Shown here: in pieces, positions 59,876 through 64,000 of the stretch
Layout: the number at the start of each line of letters is the position of its first letter
How positions within the stretch are numbered: position 1 is the first letter of the stretch
Assembly: GCA_950097015.1 (NCBI GenBank)
Contig: CATNEN010000038.1
Span: forward strand, 26,970,001-27,034,000
From: Macrostomum hystrix
Lineage: Eukaryota > Animalia > Platyhelminthes
Reading direction: 5' to 3'
Length of the DNA: 64,000 bases
Notes under the pieces: model-generated
The model's input: the letters and a program-made list of their open reading frames with translations, nothing else
What the model was told of the DNA's origin: nothing
Database searches by the model: none
Translations under genes and position numbers: made by a program

Positions 59876-61852
59876 GTAAAATTTTGACACATGTTTAACA
59901 TTCAGTCAAATTATCTATGACAATGTCACATTAGTGTTATGCATTTTTTAAATCATGTGTTACATTGAATTCAATTTTTTTAATTTGTAAGCTTTAGAAT
60001 TTATCTGCATTATCTGTTACTTTCATTATTATGTAACTTTAGTGTAAATTTGCCAATGAATTTAAATATTCAACTTTGACTTCTTTTTTTAATCTCTGAC
60101 CAAGTGGGAGTGGCCTCTTTTGCATTTTATTGTTGTATTTTTTACTGTCTGCCTATGTGTCCTCAACTTAGAGGAACAAAAAATTGAGGTTTTAATAGAG
60201 ACAAGACAATAATCTAACTGAGTAAATTTCAGAATAAGAAAAAATATATAAAAAAGTATTTTTTATCTCTTGAAAAAAATACATTTTTTATTCTTTGCTT
60301 CTTGGTATGGCAAAGGCATAATGGTACCTTCATTTTTCATATATTCTTGTCTCATTTCAACATTTTTTATTTGAGACTTCTTAAAAGCTGAAAAAGGAAT
60401 AGATCAAATCTCAAATATTCTCTTAATAAGATCGTATTATACCTCTAGCTACTTCAAATTGTAGTAATTATCCTAAAAAACTAAATTTAAAATATTTTAA
60501 CTCATTGTATGATAATGTGCTACAATATATCATCCATGAGATTTGTCCCATCTTAATATCTTGTTTTATCTGCATTATTACATTTATATTGTTCCTTACT
60601 TCTTAATTTATTTATTTTTAAGCCTCATTGTCCATACACCAGATGATCAATAAATGTGATAAAAATGTCTACAGTGATAAAATGAATATAACAGTTTGTA
60701 TCATATAAATATTTTTTATATTTAAAACAAATGAGCATCATAAGCAGACAAACAAAACACTTATAGTGGGTATTCTAGGCAGTTATTGCCTTAGTTACAT
60801 CACTAAACACATTCATAATTGATAAAAAAAGTTCTCCTATATAGAATTGCACTGAACACATTGCTAATCTATAGCTGTTACCATAGGAACTCATCTAGGT
60901 GACTCTGAAAGAGAGCATTGTATGTCATACATGCTATAGAATTTATACTTTGCATTGGCCCATGTGCCTTCAATCATGCTAATGGCATCACATTTAACAC
61001 TTTCCCTTGGTTTTGGCCATAGAAAAAATTATGTTGCATAACTAGTTGGCTCAAAGTTAAACTAGCTATATAATGTGAAATAACAAATTCAAAATAAAAA
61101 ATTCACAAAACAAACTGCAACATTACCGCAACATGTATAGTATTCTGCCACCATCATTGCAAAGACTATAATGGTTAACTGTAATAAATACTTTAGCCAC
61201 CCAATTGTAGCCATATTGCCCAGTGTCTTAAAAAAGTAATGAGTATATATTATAGATACAAAAGCATATAGGCTATACCATAGTTAGAAGGTAGCCAATA
61301 GACCAAACAAGTTTGGCATATATATTTCGGTCTTCAATGGCTATTGGCACTCATTCATTCTTACAATTAAATCAAGTTGGGTATACAAACTATTTTCAAC
61401 CTGACACATAGTATTGCTATATACTTGGAATACACAAGTGTTAAGTTGCAAGTAAATTTATATACATTACTTACATTACATTTCTATTCAATGAAATATA
61501 TAAATCTTGCTTCTAAAGAAAAGTATACCAGTATTCTTTAATATTGTAATAGTTTGGTAAAACAATATATATACAACATTTTTAATCAAAACAAAACAAT
61601 ATATTTATAATATGCCAAAACGGCACTTAAAAAGTTATTAGCTTTTGTTTATATCATTATTTATTTATTTTTTACGCTTTGAATTGAATTGAACACTTTA
61701 ATGACAGCTTTGGGAGTTTACATACAAGTAGTAGTTCTTAATGTACACAAACAGGTAATTTTTGTTTGGCAAAGACCATGCCATGATCCAGTTTATGCCT
61801 TATAGTAGGCCTGTAGCGTCTCATCATGACCTTCCATCGTACCATACTTGCC

Positions 61853-62113
61853 ATTCCAGAAAATTCGCCGTAAAACTACAAATTGACTTTTCAATATTTT
61901 TCTAGAAACTTCCACTCTAAGAACAAATGATCTGTAAAGCACATAATAACTATAATCAAATATCATCCATGTAAATAACATCATCACGCGCTACAATATT
62001 TAAGTTACTTAAACTGTATTGCACTAGCTTTATTATAACTCTAGCAACTTTCTAGAATTTTCCGGAAATGCATGTTTTCTTCTATAAATATAGAGCCACC
62101 ATCGACGTCATTT
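61853..62113 (+). promoter_or_regulatory. Heat-shock-type promoter: three perfect HSEs, TATAAATA and Inr-like TCATTT
   Basis: TTCcaGAAaaTTC at 61854-61866; TTCtaGAAacTTC at 61900-61912; TTCtaGAAttTTCcgGAA at 62050-62067; TATAAATA at 62083-62090; TCATTT at 62108-62113. Confidence 0.6.
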
Positions 62114-63179
62114 TCTTCAACCCTGCAAGCTCACGCTCTCATTGATAATCAACAAAAGAGAAAACCACCGCCTTGCTCTTACCCTTTTTTGGGAACCAAT
62201 CCCCTACAGGCCTATATTTCATAATGGGTAAACAGATGAAGCAGTTTTCACCTACCCCCCCCCAAATTTGTTTCAGCGCACAGTGCCACAACTTTAGGGT
62301 CCATGATGTATTAGAAGAGTGTCTTAAAGAAATTTTGGAAGTGGGTTCAAAGATGTCACATACTCATGCAAAATAATATATATATCACATGACATTTATA
62401 TAAATAATCTAAAAAAACATCTAAAATGGGTTTCTGTTACCTCCATTTGGCTATAGATTTGATTTCAGAGTAAAAAAACTCTACGCGCTCTACTTTATAA
62501 AGAAGCACTATTTTAATACATTTTACTAATATTTTTATATGAATTGGCAAAAAATTATAATAGCTAGCAATTCATCAGAGTCAATTGTCAGATAATGTCT
62601 TAAAAAACTTACTGGCTGATTTCCATCCTCAGCCTGTCCTTTCTCCTCTGTTAAAGTCATCGGCTAGTACCAGAAAGGTTAAATTGAAATAGCTTATGTG
62701 AGCGGGTGAACGTCTTTAGTGTGAATGCTCGTGTCAGATTGCGGAATTCGGAAGTCTTAGAAATGTTGTGCATGCATTTGAACTATTCGTTGAGCTGTTT
62801 TTATGTTATAACAAAAGTTTTAAAACTCTATGTCGTTTCACATAATAAATGTTGATTGCACAGTAATCTTTGCTTCATTTTATAAATCAAACTTACTTTT
62901 TAATTGCTTAAAACTAGCTTCAAGAGATAAAACTTCGTTTGTTTTTCATCTCTTTTTGCGCGTAAGTCTATAGTTAACGCGTTGCACAACAACAGTCACG
63001 GAAGAACTTATTCTATCTTTACGCTCGCTCCGCATTTTTACACTTCACGGTGCTCCAGGTCCATGTGTTTTAGTTTCAATTGTCATAAACTTTCCAGAAG
63101 TTTGCAAATCGTCAATTATAAAACTTTTCCCAATTTACGATGGGGTTGGATCGTAATAATGTTCTTTTAAAAAAAACTT

Positions 63180-63718
63180 TTATCTGTTTTTTAAGAACCG
63201 CATGATGACTTTATTTAAATATTGTCTAAGGACAGACTTCAGCGTCCTGGTAAGTAACGTCTTCGGCGCCCTCATCATCCACACGAATTTATTAAGCGCA
63301 TCAAGGACCTGTTGTAATTCCTCGGTATGGTCGGCAGTTCGCCAACGCGGTAGTAGGGGTTCGGGTACGGACCGCCCAAAGCTTGCCGGGGGTGGAGGGA
63401 GGGGAAGCAGCGACCCTCGAGGCGTCCAGACACTCCGAGGAGAGACGGGGTGGACTTGGAGCGTACCGACACTCGCTAAGCCCGGACTGAAGTCTTTGAC
63501 TGCGAGCGGGTAGCCACTCGACAGCCCCAGAGAGAGGTGGATGATGGTCTGGAGGCGTACCGACACTTCGCAGACTCGAGGGAAGACTCTGGAGGAGAAG
63601 GATGATGATGAGCTTCTGACACTAGCAGAGGTCGGGCAGAGGAACAAGGTTTGAGCACGGACAAATAAATAACTCGTGAAAGCTTTTCTTTCCGGGAGGG
63701 ATTGAACGTGGCACTCAT
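63180..63718 (-). other. GC-rich segment with two overlapping minus-strand ORFs (80 and 155 aa), unidentified; GC/CCAAT-rich region upstream at 63800-63990
   Basis: ORF track, composition, and agccaatcag near 63972; no recognisable domain. Confidence 0.3.
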
Positions 63719-64000
63719 GACAAGTATTGTAGTTCAGGCTGCGTAGTTTATTATTGATCGTTTACTCTTAAGTTCGCTCTAACTGAGGGCAACGTTCTCG
63801 CAATAGTACTCGGGAGGCGCGGGGCTGGCCACGGGCAGCGCGCGCTAATAAATAACAGCGTGGGGTGGGGGCGAGGGCACATGGCTGGACGGGGTAGGGC
63901 TAAGCCACGCAGGGCTGGGGGGGCAAACACACAAGGCTGAGAGCAGAGAGAGAGAGAGAAGGAGACCGGCTAGCCAATCAGAAGTCTCCTTGGCGAGAGG

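Noticed and set aside
61793-61987. 64-aa minus-strand ORF overlapping the HSE cluster
   Set aside because: Short, AT-rich and without a recognisable motif; the regulatory reading explains the sequence better.

Overview
Eukaryotic (metazoan) genomic DNA, AT-rich and dense in minisatellites. The style resembles a free-living flatworm such as Macrostomum; this is an inference and is unverified. About 50 kb (ca. 4650-54708, minus strand) is one canonical ankyrin gene (ANK1/2/3, Ank2, unc-44 family). I could assemble about 26 coding exons with consistent GT-AG sites and phases: ANK repeats, a long cassette-exon linker, ZU5-ZU5-UPA, death domain and an acidic tail with several alternative stop exons, about 2,270 aa if all are included. 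Most introns carry their own tandem-repeat array, and these arrays explain nearly all the long ORFs in the ORF track. Also present: the 5' part of a secreted C-type lectin gene (1-348, minus, missing from the ORF track), a degenerate Crypton-like tyrosine recombinase (about 2330-3037), a defective Harbinger/HARBI1-type transposon (45869-47107) nested in a tRNA-derived SINE, and two SINE families, one CORE-type. Most notable unexplained signals: (i) reverse-complementary minisatellite arrays that bracket particular exons, suggesting repeat-driven RNA pairing for exon skipping or circRNA; (ii) three perfect heat-shock elements plus TATA and Inr at about 61.85-62.11 kb with no recognisable target gene; (iii) an acidic 11-aa repeat frame at the intron position where invertebrate giant-ankyrin exons lie; (iv) a (CAG)9 run right at a splice acceptor; (v) four perfect MEF2 sites in an intron.
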